57,783 nucleotides of DNA from a virus (taxonomy: Duplodnaviria > Caudoviricetes). The stretch covers positions 1-57,783 of the IMG/VR virus record IMGVR_UViG_3300043681_000015, one strand, 5' to 3'. A program made the translations under genes and the position numbers. Every line of letters begins with the position of its first letter. Position 1 is the first letter of the stretch. The notes beneath the pieces are model-generated. The model had not been told where the DNA came from. It ran no database searches and saw nothing but the letters and a program-made list of their open reading frames with translations. Of the stretch, positions 42,590-51,037 are shown one piece after another.

Positions 42590-42978
42590 CCACCACCCGC
42601 CGCCGCCCCGTCTTCGACCCCTCGGATGTTGCTCTTTTCTACGCCTCGGTCCGGGAGGCGGCATTGCAGGACCGGCTGCGGAACCTCTGCCGGCTGCTGT
42701 CCCTCAACCACTATCACACCCACAACAGCCGGCGGAGCGAGGGCGGGTTCCCAGACAGCGTAGTAGTGCGCGATCCGGAGGCGTGGGAGCGCCCCTGGCT
42801 GGTGGCGATCGAGCTGAAGTCGGAGACCGGGAAGGCGACGCCCGCGCAGTTGGTGTGGGGCGCGGCGCTGCGGGCCGCGGAGGAGGCGTCGGGCGGGGCG
42901 CTGGTGTACCGGCTGGTGCGGCCCTCGACGTGGGACCGGCTGACGGAGCTGCTGACCGCAGGACGCAAGGGGGAATGA
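42586..42978 (+). CDS. VRR-NUC nuclease
   Basis: HT.NSRRS..GFPD, IELK...GK.TPAQ..W, RPS.W. Confidence 0.85.
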   Translation: MTTTRRRPVFDPSDVALFYASVREAALQDRLRNLCRLLSLNHYHTHNSRRSEGGFPDSVVVRDPEAWERPWLVAIELKSETGKATPAQLVWGAALRAAEEASGGALVYRLVRPSTWDRLTELLTAGRKGE

Positions 42979-43472
42979 CGATGGACGAGCTGGCGCAGCA
43001 GCAGACCGAGGCCCCGCGGCCGGGCCGCTACGTGGTGGTGGAGGAGAACGGCCGGCGGCGGGTGGCCCGCGCGGACGGCCTCCCTCTGGGGACTCCTCCG
43101 CCGGAGCGGGCGCGGACGGCCGCCGCGCCGACGACGCGGGCACGGGCCTCCGCCTTCCTGCGGGGGTGCCTCGAGCGGGGGGTGCCGGCCGCGGTGCGGG
43201 CCGCCCACACGGCCCGCACCCGCCAGGGGGTCGACGCGACCACGCCCACGGGGGAGGACATCAAGCGGCGGCGGGAGGCGCTCGGCCTGAGCCAGCGCGA
43301 CCTGGCCGCGGCGGCGGGGGTGTCCCGGGGCCTGCTCTCAGAGATCGAGGGCGGGACGCGGAACGCCCCGGAGAGCCGGCGGACGTTCGGGAACGCCCTG
43401 ACGCTCCGGGAGCGGAACCGGCCCGCGATGCCGGTGGAGAGCGACGGGCTGCCGCGGGCAGAGGCGGGGTGA
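42975..43472 (+). CDS. XRE-family HTH protein
   Basis: IKRRREALGLSQRDLAAAAGVSRGLLSEIEGG. Confidence 0.8.
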   Translation: MTMDELAQQQTEAPRPGRYVVVEENGRRRVARADGLPLGTPPPERARTAAAPTTRARASAFLRGCLERGVPAAVRAAHTARTRQGVDATTPTGEDIKRRREALGLSQRDLAAAAGVSRGLLSEIEGGTRNAPESRRTFGNALTLRERNRPAMPVESDGLPRAEAG

Positions 43473-43675
43473 GCGTGCGGGTCGAGGACGGCGGGGTCAC
43501 GAAGACGGTGCGCTCACCCATCCTCCAGGACATCATCGAGTACCTGGTGGAGTACCAGGACCGTCTCCGGCTGGACGAGCACGCGGGGGAACTCCTCATC
43601 ACCTGGGGCGAGCGCGGCACGACCGCCCGCCCGCGGCCCGTCCTACCCACCCGCCCGCGTCGGCCCCGGAACTAG
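43469..43675 (+). CDS. Small hypothetical protein before the late promoter (candidate late regulator)
   Basis: GTGA coupling; last early-side gene; basic Arg/Pro-rich tail. Confidence 0.55.
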   Translation: MSVRVEDGGVTKTVRSPILQDIIEYLVEYQDRLRLDEHAGELLITWGERGTTARPRPVLPTRPRRPRN

Positions 43676-43678
43676 TGG

Positions 43679-43783
43679 CGCTATACTGGTAGCGGACGCA
43701 CAAGGGCAGGCTGAGCCCGCATAAGCGGCGCGGAAACCGACGCCGGTCTCTCCCTCTGAAGCGGGGGCGGGGCCGGCGTCTTT
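43679..43783 (+). promoter_or_regulatory. Late promoter, conserved leader and terminator-like hairpin (copy A)
   Basis: CGCTATACT, CGCACAA, ATAAGCGGCG, then stem GACGCCGGT..GCCGGCGTC followed by TTT. Confidence 0.65.
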
Positions 43784-43811
43784 GCGGTCCCCGGGTTCGG
43801 GTTTGCGAAAG

Positions 43812-44054
43812 GTGGCGGCGGATCACTTCTCGACGGGCGTCTGGGCTCCGAACGGTCCGCTGCGGTTGTCAAGGTTGACTTGCGTGGAGTGCGGGAAGCG
43901 GACGACCACCTGGGAGGCGTTCAAGGCCCACCGGAAGGCGTGCGGGGGCCACATGACCGCCGGCCCCCAGACGCCCCCGGCGCCGCTGTCCGAGACGGAC
44001 CTGGACCACCTGGCCTCCCTCTACGACCAGTTGCACGACGAGGGCGCCGCGTGA
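43812..44054 (+). CDS. Small C2HC zinc-finger protein
   Basis: C-x2-C-x12-H-x3-C (CVECGKRTTTWEAFKAHRKAC). Confidence 0.6.
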   Translation: MAADHFSTGVWAPNGPLRLSRLTCVECGKRTTTWEAFKAHRKACGGHMTAGPQTPPAPLSETDLDHLASLYDQLHDEGAA

Positions 44055-44560
44055 CGCCCCGCTGGCTCGCCCCCCTGGCCGCGGCCCTGACGGCGGTGGC
44101 GCTGGCCGTGCCCACCCTGCTGACGGCGGCGCCCACCGGCGCCCCCGCGATGATGGTGCCGCCGGGCCGGACGCAGCCCACCGGCCCCCTGCTGGCGTGG
44201 GACGGCTCGAGCCCGCCCGCCGCGCTGGGCGACTTCGTGTGGTGCGAGGGCGACGCCGAGACCGGCGGGTGCCGCGGCTTCAACGCCGACGACTTCGCCA
44301 TCACCTACTGGGTGCGCCAGCACGTCATCGACCCGTACCTGGCGGCCAACCCGCAGGCGACCGCGACGGCGGTCCCGACCCCGATCCCGATGGCGACGGC
44401 GACGACAACGGCCACCCCTCCGGCGGCCGCCGCCTCGCCCACCGCGGCACCGGCGACGGCGACCACCGTCCCGTCGCCGGTACCCGGCCCCTTGGCGACG
44501 GTGGTGTGTCTCTCGGCGCAGTTCGCGGACGGCGTGCTGACGTGCGTCCCGCAGGAGTGA
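44051..44560 (+). CDS. Secreted Pro/Thr/Ala-rich protein
   Basis: Signal-peptide-like N-terminus, two Cys pairs, ATATAVPT.. tract. Confidence 0.55.
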   Translation: MTPRWLAPLAAALTAVALAVPTLLTAAPTGAPAMMVPPGRTQPTGPLLAWDGSSPPAALGDFVWCEGDAETGGCRGFNADDFAITYWVRQHVIDPYLAANPQATATAVPTPIPMATATTTATPPAAAASPTAAPATATTVPSPVPGPLATVVCLSAQFADGVLTCVPQE

Positions 44561-44571
44561 GGTAGAAGCGA

Positions 44572-44946
44572 ATGGCGAACATGCACGTGCGGGGGCGGAC
44601 GTCCCGGGGCTACTCGGTGGTGTGCCACTTCGCCATCGCGAACACGAACAACGACGTGGGCCTGAACTACCGGACGGCCTACGCCCGCTCGAAGGGGACG
44701 CTGACCACGGTGCTGCCGGACGGCGACGGGACGCTGGGCACCATCTCGGCGGCGGAGAAGACGTCCGTCACGCAGGCGGCGCCCTCGCTGGCGGAGGTGG
44801 TGCAGGAGTTCCAGATCCCCGACGACTGGGGCGCCCTCTCCGGGGCGCAGAAGAACGCGCGGCTGGACGACTGGTACGCGGTGGCGCTGTCCGAGTGGAC
44901 GACCCAGAACGGGGCGCTGTTGCAGTACTGGGGCTACGTGAGGTAG
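44572..44946 (+). CDS. Hypothetical (putative virion) protein
   Basis: RBS GAGG; lies in the late operon. Confidence 0.6.
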   Translation: MANMHVRGRTSRGYSVVCHFAIANTNNDVGLNYRTAYARSKGTLTTVLPDGDGTLGTISAAEKTSVTQAAPSLAEVVQEFQIPDDWGALSGAQKNARLDDWYAVALSEWTTQNGALLQYWGYVR

Positions 44947-44949
44947 GCG

Positions 44950-45543
44950 ATGGCCCTTACCAAGAGCGGCGAAGTCTCTCTGCTCGCCATCGTCTCGGTG
45001 ACGTCCAACACCGTCTCGGTGGGCAGCGGCGTGGACGTGAGCACCTACTACGGCGCCCAGGTCACCGCCCGCATGGGCCGGGCCACGTCCTCGGCGTTCA
45101 CCACGGCGCCGACGTGCCGGATCGAGGGCTCCTACAAGACGTCCCCCACGGCGGACGAGTGGGCGGTGCTGTGCCAGTTCACCCCCTCCCTCGGCGCGTC
45201 CATCGGCTCCCAGGCGGTGTCGGGCACGGAGGCCGCCGGGCAGACGGTGGTCACCCTCGCCGCCGGCACCAACTTCGCGGGCGGCGACTACGTGTTCTTC
45301 CACAACGGCACGCTCGGTAACTCCGAGTGGAGCCGGGTGGTGAGCGTGGCGACGGCCGACCTTACGCTCGAGGAGGGGCTGGTGAGCGCGCAGACGGGCG
45401 CGACGTGCCGCGACCAGGCCGAGCAGTTCGTAGCCCAGCTCGACCTCACCGGCCTGAACCGCCTGCGGGTCGTCGTGGACGGCCGCGGGACAGGGCAGGC
45501 CAATATCTGGGAGGTCGTCATGGGCGGGGTGACGGCGCTCTAG
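44950..45543 (+). CDS. Hypothetical beta-rich (putative virion) protein
   Basis: Thr/Ser/Gly-rich beta composition; lies in the late operon. Confidence 0.6.
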   Translation: MALTKSGEVSLLAIVSVTSNTVSVGSGVDVSTYYGAQVTARMGRATSSAFTTAPTCRIEGSYKTSPTADEWAVLCQFTPSLGASIGSQAVSGTEAAGQTVVTLAAGTNFAGGDYVFFHNGTLGNSEWSRVVSVATADLTLEEGLVSAQTGATCRDQAEQFVAQLDLTGLNRLRVVVDGRGTGQANIWEVVMGGVTAL

Positions 45544-45544
45544 C

Positions 45545-47380
45545 ATGGCGCTGACGCGCGGGTGGGGGCGGACGAAGCCGCCGGCTGGCTTGCCGGTCGA
45601 CCTCGGCCGTCCCCGGAACGACCGCCTGCGCCTGGTCGTGCCCTTCGTGGAGGGTGGCGGCTCCTCGCTCCACGCCGCCAACCCGCCGGGCGTGCTGGTC
45701 GCCCCGAACTTCGACCCCATCGGCCCGTGGGTGCCCAACTCCCGCGGCAACCAGATGGTCTACGTCTCGGGGGACAGCGCGCTCTCCATCGCCAGCACGC
45801 CGCACCTCTACACGCCCACCGGGGTGACGGTGGTCGCCCGGGTCGTGCTGGACGTGCAGACGAACTTCTACGGGAAGACGATCTGCTTCGGCGACGACGA
45901 GGCGTGGACGCTGGGCACCAACGAGGGCGGGACGACCGTCGCCACCTTCCGGACGTGGACGGCGGCGGGCGAGCGCACCGTCTCCGGCGGGATCAACATC
46001 GCCGACGGCACCTTCCACACCGTCATCGGCACCAGCACCGGGGCGATCACCAGCGTCTACGTGGACGGGAAGCTCCAGGCGCAGGAGACGGACTCCCTCT
46101 CCACGATCAACACGACCACCAACTTCCTGACCTTCGGCAACTCCTACAACCGGAACAACCCGGCGCCGGGCTACTTCGAGTGGTTCGAGCTGCACGCGCG
46201 GGCGTGGTCGGCGCAGGAGGTCGCGGAGTACGAGAGCAGCCCCTACGACGCCATCTGGCGCCCGCGCCGCTGGTGGTTCTACCGCACGGCCGGGGCCGGC
46301 GGGGGGCTGGTCACCCGGGACGTCGCGGGGTCGGTGCCCGCCCAGACGGGTGCCCTCGGCCGGGTGCTGGGCGCGCTGCGGGGCCTCACCGGCAGTTGGC
46401 CCGCCGCGAGCGGGGCGCTCTCCCGGAAGCTCCAGGCGCTGCGCTCCCTCACGGGGTCGTGGCCCGCCGCCTCCGGCGCCCTCTCCCGCATCCAGGCGCA
46501 GACCCGCTCTCTGGCGGGGTCGTGGCCGGCGGCCAGCGGTGCGCTGACCCGCCTGCTGGTGGTGCCGCGCGCCCTCGCGGGTTCCTGGCCCGCCGCCAGC
46601 GGCGCCCTGACGCGGAAGTTGCAGGCCCTCCGCTCCCTCGCCGGGGACTGGCCGACCGCCACCGGGGCGCTGTCCCGGCTGATCGCCGTCACCAGGTCGC
46701 TGACCGGGAACTGGCCGGCCGCGAGCGGTGCGCTCACCCGGAAGTTGCAGGCGCTCCGCGCCCTGACGGGCAACTGGCCGACCGCGACGGGGACGCTGGC
46801 CGGCGAGCTGGTCGGCAGCGGCGCCCGCAACGTGGCCGGCAACTGGCCCACGGCGACCGGTGCCCTCACCCGCATCTACAAGGCCCTCCGCTCCCTGGCG
46901 GGGGACTGGCCCGCGGCCAGCGGAACGCTGTCCCGCATCCAGGCGCGGACGCGGTCCCTCACGGGCAGTTGGCCGGCGGGGTCGGGCGTCCTGACGCGGG
47001 CCGTCGTGACCGTCCGCTCGCTCACCGGGAGCTGGCCGAACGGGACGGGCGCGCTCACCCGCCTCAAGCAGGGCGTCCGGGGGCTGACGGGCGACTGGCC
47101 GGCGCAGAGCGCGACCCTGGCCCGGCACTACGACGGGAAGCGGTCGCTGGCGGGCGAGCAGGCGGCGGCGGTGGGTGCGGTGACCCGCCTGCTGGCGGCG
47201 CACCGGACGGCCGCCGGGAGTTGGCCCGCGGCGACGGGCGGCGTGGCGTGGAGCCTCCCGTTCGGGGAGTTCTCGGGGCGGGTGACGATCGGGGACCGGC
47301 TGATCGGCGGGGCCGCGGTGGGCGACAAGGCGACGGCGACGCTCCTCATCGGGGACGGGCCGGCGACGAACACGAGCTAG
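45545..47380 (+). CDS. LamG/ConA-like lectin domain plus 21-aa repeat stalk (putative fibre/decoration protein)
   Basis: DGTFHTVIGT..VYVDGK..LTFG..RAWSAQEV LamG pattern, followed by about 15 repeats of RSL(T/A)GSWPAASGAL(T/S)R. Confidence 0.75.
   Translation: MALTRGWGRTKPPAGLPVDLGRPRNDRLRLVVPFVEGGGSSLHAANPPGVLVAPNFDPIGPWVPNSRGNQMVYVSGDSALSIASTPHLYTPTGVTVVARVVLDVQTNFYGKTICFGDDEAWTLGTNEGGTTVATFRTWTAAGERTVSGGINIADGTFHTVIGTSTGAITSVYVDGKLQAQETDSLSTINTTTNFLTFGNSYNRNNPAPGYFEWFELHARAWSAQEVAEYESSPYDAIWRPRRWWFYRTAGAGGGLVTRDVAGSVPAQTGALGRVLGALRGLTGSWPAASGALSRKLQALRSLTGSWPAASGALSRIQAQTRSLAGSWPAASGALTRLLVVPRALAGSWPAASGALTRKLQALRSLAGDWPTATGALSRLIAVTRSLTGNWPAASGALTRKLQALRALTGNWPTATGTLAGELVGSGARNVAGNWPTATGALTRIYKALRSLAGDWPAASGTLSRIQARTRSLTGSWPAGSGVLTRAVVTVRSLTGSWPNGTGALTRLKQGVRGLTGDWPAQSATLARHYDGKRSLAGEQAAAVGAVTRLLAAHRTAAGSWPAATGGVAWSLPFGEFSGRVTIGDRLIGGAAVGDKATATLLIGDGPATNTS
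46313..47251 (+). repeat. About 15 tandem 63-nt (21-aa) coding repeats
   Basis: Unit LRSLTGSWPAASGALSRKLQA recurs with synonymous variation. Confidence 0.85.
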
Positions 47381-47397
47381 CAGAGAGGACGGACGGG

Positions 47398-48135
47398 ATG
47401 AGCGGAACCATCGGCGTGCTGCCGGCGCCCAGCGGGGCGCTCGGGGCGGTGAAGACCTTCGACGCGGGGGCGCTGCGCCGCGCCTACGTCCGCGACGACC
47501 TCCGGGGCCACTACCGCCCCGAGCGGAAGGCGCTGCTGCTGGAGCACGCGCCCGCCGGAAAGCCCATCCAGCAGCGGGTGTTGGCGTTCCTGCGGGACCG
47601 CGTCCACCCGGGTATCCCCCGCGCCTACTACAAGGCGGTGCTGGGGCACGACGCCCACATCACCCTCAACGCCGCGCTCTACGTCAAGCACACCCACACG
47701 ACCCAGCCGGACCCCTTCACCGGGCGCATCGGCTGGACGGAGAACGTGGGGCGGGTGTCCGAGGGCAAGGTGACCACGGCCTTCCGGGACTTCATGGCCC
47801 TGATGCTGGTGACCGACGCCACCACGATGGGCGACTACAAGTACCACGAGGTGGGGACGTCCGCGACGGCCGAGGCGAACACCGACACGGCCCTGGTCGC
47901 CACCAGCGGCATCGCTCGGGTCTCGGGGACGCAGACGAACCCCAGCGGTTCGACCTACCAGAGCGTCGCCACGGTCACGGCGGACACCACGGAGACGTGG
48001 CAGGAGCACGGCCTGTTCAACGCCTCCACCTCGGTCACCCTCATGGACCGCTCGCTCATCAGCCCGACCGTGAGCGTCGTGAACCTGGACACCGTGCAGT
48101 TCACCTATGTGCTTACGCTCAATGCCGAGTCGTAA
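47398..48135 (+). CDS. Putative virion structural protein
   Basis: VGTS.TAEA.TDTAL..EHGLFNAST..LMDR..TVQFTY.L pattern seen in fibre-attachment proteins. Confidence 0.6.
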   Translation: MSGTIGVLPAPSGALGAVKTFDAGALRRAYVRDDLRGHYRPERKALLLEHAPAGKPIQQRVLAFLRDRVHPGIPRAYYKAVLGHDAHITLNAALYVKHTHTTQPDPFTGRIGWTENVGRVSEGKVTTAFRDFMALMLVTDATTMGDYKYHEVGTSATAEANTDTALVATSGIARVSGTQTNPSGSTYQSVATVTADTTETWQEHGLFNASTSVTLMDRSLISPTVSVVNLDTVQFTYVLTLNAES

Positions 48136-48170
48136 CAACTCATAGGTGAAGTGATAAAGGAAACGATGCG

Positions 48171-48392
48171 ATGCCCAAGGTGAAGATCCTCAAAGACCTG
48201 TCGCACCCGGACTACGGCTTCCTCGAGGAGGGGGACGTGGTGGTGGTCTCGCGCGACTACGTGCGGGACTACGAGGCGCTCGGCTTCGCCGAGGAGGTGG
48301 ACGAGGGCGATGTGACCCGCGCGGTCGGGAGCGAGCCCGTGCTGGAGATGCCGAAGGGGATGGCGAAGCGCAAGGCCGCCGCCGAGGAGTAG
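48171..48392 (+). CDS. Hypothetical protein
   Basis: RBS AAGGA; KVKILKD..GDVV..GFAE motif common in small head-region proteins. Confidence 0.6.
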   Translation: MPKVKILKDLSHPDYGFLEEGDVVVVSRDYVRDYEALGFAEEVDEGDVTRAVGSEPVLEMPKGMAKRKAAAEE

Positions 48393-48396
48393 CCCC

Positions 48397-48720
48397 GTGG
48401 CCATCGCCTCCTACGACGTGGGCGACCGCGTCCGCCTCGGCAACCACAGCAGCAACACGTCTACCACCGCCATCCTCGACGCGGACGGCAACCCCGTGGA
48501 CCCGGCCCAGGTGTCGCTGGTCGTGCGGGAGCCGGACGGCACCAGCACGACCTACACGCAGGCCGGCCCCGACGTCCTGGCGAAGGAGTCGACGGGGAGG
48601 TACTACGCGGACGTCACCCTCGACGCCGCGGGGCTGTGGTCGTATGCCCTGGTCGGTGCGGGGACGGCCGTGTTCCGCGAGGAGGCGCAGCTCCACGCCC
48701 GGAAGTCGGTGACGGCGTGA
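48397..48720 (+). CDS. Ig-like beta-sandwich hypothetical protein
   Basis: DADGNPVDP..V.L.V..PDG..TGRYY..AGLWSY. Confidence 0.6.
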   Translation: MAIASYDVGDRVRLGNHSSNTSTTAILDADGNPVDPAQVSLVVREPDGTSTTYTQAGPDVLAKESTGRYYADVTLDAAGLWSYALVGAGTAVFREEAQLHARKSVTA

Positions 48721-49070
48721 GTGCCCTGCCGGTGCCCACTGGCAACAGTGGCGGAAGAGTGGAGAACCTGCGGCCCTTCAAGAAGGGGCAGAGCGGGAAC
48801 CCCTCGGGCCGTCCCAAGGGACCGGCGGCGCTCCAGCGGCGCATCCTCCGGGAGACCAAAGACGGCGCCGTGGTGGTGGACTACCTGCTCAAGACGCTCC
48901 AGTACAGCCGCAGTCCCAAGGAGCGCACGGACGCCGCCACCCTCCTGCTGGCCTACGGCTTCGGCAAGCCCGTGCAGCCCACCGAGATCACGGGCGAGGG
49001 CGGCAACCCGGTGGAGATGGTGTTCCGCGTGGTCTACGAGGACCGGGCGGACGCGGAGGACGGGCGGTGA
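48717..49070 (+). CDS. terS: Terminase small subunit (DUF5681-type)
   Basis: NLRPFKKGQSGNPSGRPKG and GKPVQ..EITGEGGNP; upstream of TerL. Confidence 0.75.
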   Translation: MSALPVPTGNSGGRVENLRPFKKGQSGNPSGRPKGPAALQRRILRETKDGAVVVDYLLKTLQYSRSPKERTDAATLLLAYGFGKPVQPTEITGEGGNPVEMVFRVVYEDRADAEDGR

Positions 49071-49834
49071 AGCCCTACTACGAGGACGGTGGGGTAACGC
49101 TGTATCAGGGCGACGCCCTGGCGGTTCTGGCATCCCTCCCAGACGCCTCGGTCGACGCCATCGTCACCGACCCGCCGTACTCCAGCGGCGGCGCTTACCG
49201 GGGCGACCGGATGAGCGACCCGACGCAGAAGTACGTGCCCACCAAAGAGGTCGTCAACTTCCACCCGGGCTTCACCGGCGACAACCGCGACCAGCGGTCG
49301 TTCGGCTACTGGTGCGCCTTGTGGCTGGGGGAGTGCCGCCGGGTGGCGAAGCCGGGGGCGCCGCTCGTGGTCTTCACCGACTGGCGCCAACTTCCCACGG
49401 TGAGCGACGTCGTGCAGGCCGGTGGGTGGGTGTGGCGGGGCATCGCCGTCTGGGACAAGACGCCCGGCATCCGGCCGAGCCGGGGCAGGTTCCGCCAGCA
49501 GGCCGAGTTCCTGGTGTGGGGCTCGAACGGCCCGATGCCTGTTGAGCGCGGCGTGTCCGACCTGGACGGCGTGTTCTGCTTCGCCCCCTTTCAGGGCAAA
49601 TTGCACATCGCCGGGAAGCCCGAGCCGCTCATGCGCTCCATCCTCGACATCTGCGAGACGGGCGGGGTGGTGCTCGACCCGTTCGCTGGGAGCGGGACGA
49701 CCCTCAAGGCGGCGGCCGACACCGGGCGACGGGCCATCGGGATCGAGATGGACGCCCACTGGTGCGAGGTGATCGCTGGGCGTCTAGCAACGCGCACCGC
49801 TGCGCTTCCGCTGTTTGAGGAGGCTGCTGGGTGA
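49067..49834 (+). CDS. DNA N6-adenine methyltransferase (beta class)
   Basis: VTDPPYSSGG, VWDK..RP..GRFRQQAEF, H...KP, VLDPFAGSGTT. Confidence 0.92.
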   Translation: MKPYYEDGGVTLYQGDALAVLASLPDASVDAIVTDPPYSSGGAYRGDRMSDPTQKYVPTKEVVNFHPGFTGDNRDQRSFGYWCALWLGECRRVAKPGAPLVVFTDWRQLPTVSDVVQAGGWVWRGIAVWDKTPGIRPSRGRFRQQAEFLVWGSNGPMPVERGVSDLDGVFCFAPFQGKLHIAGKPEPLMRSILDICETGGVVLDPFAGSGTTLKAAADTGRRAIGIEMDAHWCEVIAGRLATRTAALPLFEEAAG

Positions 49835-51036
49835 CGACCGCTGAGCGGGTCATCGCCCTCCCCCGGCGCCACGCCGCCCAGCAGCGGGTGGTCTCCGAGG
49901 CCGCCCGGTTTAACGTTCTGGCCTGCGGCCGGCGCTGGGGGAAGACCACGCTGGGCGTCGACCTCCTGGTGCCCCCGGCGCTGGAGGGCTACCCCGTCGC
50001 CTGGTTCGCCCCCACCTACAAGATGCTCACCGAGGTGTGGCGCGAGGTGCGCCGCGTGTTCCTCCCGGCCACCGAGCGGGTCAACGCCCAGGAGCACCGG
50101 CTCGAGCTGGTCACCGGCGGCGTGGTGGACATGTGGTCGCTGGACACCCCCAACACCGCGCGAGGGCGCCGGTATAGGCGGATCGTGGCGGACGAGGCGG
50201 CGATGGTCTCCGACCTGGAGGACGCCTGGAACGCGGTGCTCCGGCCCACGCTGGTGGACTTCAAGGGGGACGCCTGGTTCCTCTCCACGCCCAAGGGGTA
50301 CGGCCACTTCCGCGCCCTGTTCGACGCGGGGCAAGACCCCCAGCGGCCGGACTGGGCCTCGTGGCAGATGCCCACCACCAGCAACCCGCACATCGACCCC
50401 GAGGAGGTGGAGGCCGCCCGGCTCATGCTGCCGGAGCGCACCTACGCCCAGGAGTTCCTCGCCCAGTTCTTGGAGGACGGTGGCGGGGTCTTCCGTCGGG
50501 TCCGGGATGCGGCCACCGCCACGCTCCAGGATGGGAAGCAGGCCGGGCACCGCTACGTGGTGGGCGTGGACTGGGGGAAGATGGAGGACTTCACCGTGCT
50601 GGTGGTGATCGACACCAGCACGCAGGAGGTGGTCTGCGTCGACCGCTTCAACCAGATCGACTACGCGATCCAGGTGCCCCGCTTGCAGGCGCTGTGCGAG
50701 CGGTTCTCCCCCGACGCGGTGTACGCCGAGCAGAACAGCATCGGCGTCCCCCTCATCGAGCAGCTCCAGCGGGCGGGCCTGCCGGTCTACCCCTTCGTGA
50801 CCACCAACGCCAGCAAGGCCGTGGCGATCGACGCCCTGGCCCTGGCCTTCGAGCGGGGGGAGATCCGTATCCCGGATGACCCGGTGCTGGTGGGGGAGCT
50901 GCTGGCCTACGACGCCGAGCGGCTGCCCGGCGGCCTGCTGCGGTACGGGGCGCCGAGCGGGATGCACGACGACTGCGTGATGGCGTTGGCCCTGGCGTGG
51001 CAGGGCGCGAGTTCGCCGAGACAGTGGGTGTTCTGA
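49831..51036 (+). CDS. terL: Terminase large subunit
   Basis: CGRRWGKT Walker A, IVADEAA Walker B, STPKG, QEFLA, GVDWG, HDDCVMA. Confidence 0.95.
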   Translation: MTTAERVIALPRRHAAQQRVVSEAARFNVLACGRRWGKTTLGVDLLVPPALEGYPVAWFAPTYKMLTEVWREVRRVFLPATERVNAQEHRLELVTGGVVDMWSLDTPNTARGRRYRRIVADEAAMVSDLEDAWNAVLRPTLVDFKGDAWFLSTPKGYGHFRALFDAGQDPQRPDWASWQMPTTSNPHIDPEEVEAARLMLPERTYAQEFLAQFLEDGGGVFRRVRDAATATLQDGKQAGHRYVVGVDWGKMEDFTVLVVIDTSTQEVVCVDRFNQIDYAIQVPRLQALCERFSPDAVYAEQNSIGVPLIEQLQRAGLPVYPFVTTNASKAVAIDALALAFERGEIRIPDDPVLVGELLAYDAERLPGGLLRYGAPSGMHDDCVMALALAWQGASSPRQWVF

Positions 51037-51037
51037 G

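Noticed and set aside
46313-47251. Periodic repeats as a CRISPR array or diversity-generating retroelement
   Set aside because: The repeats are in-frame coding units varying at synonymous sites, with no unique spacers, no cas operon and no reverse transcriptase.
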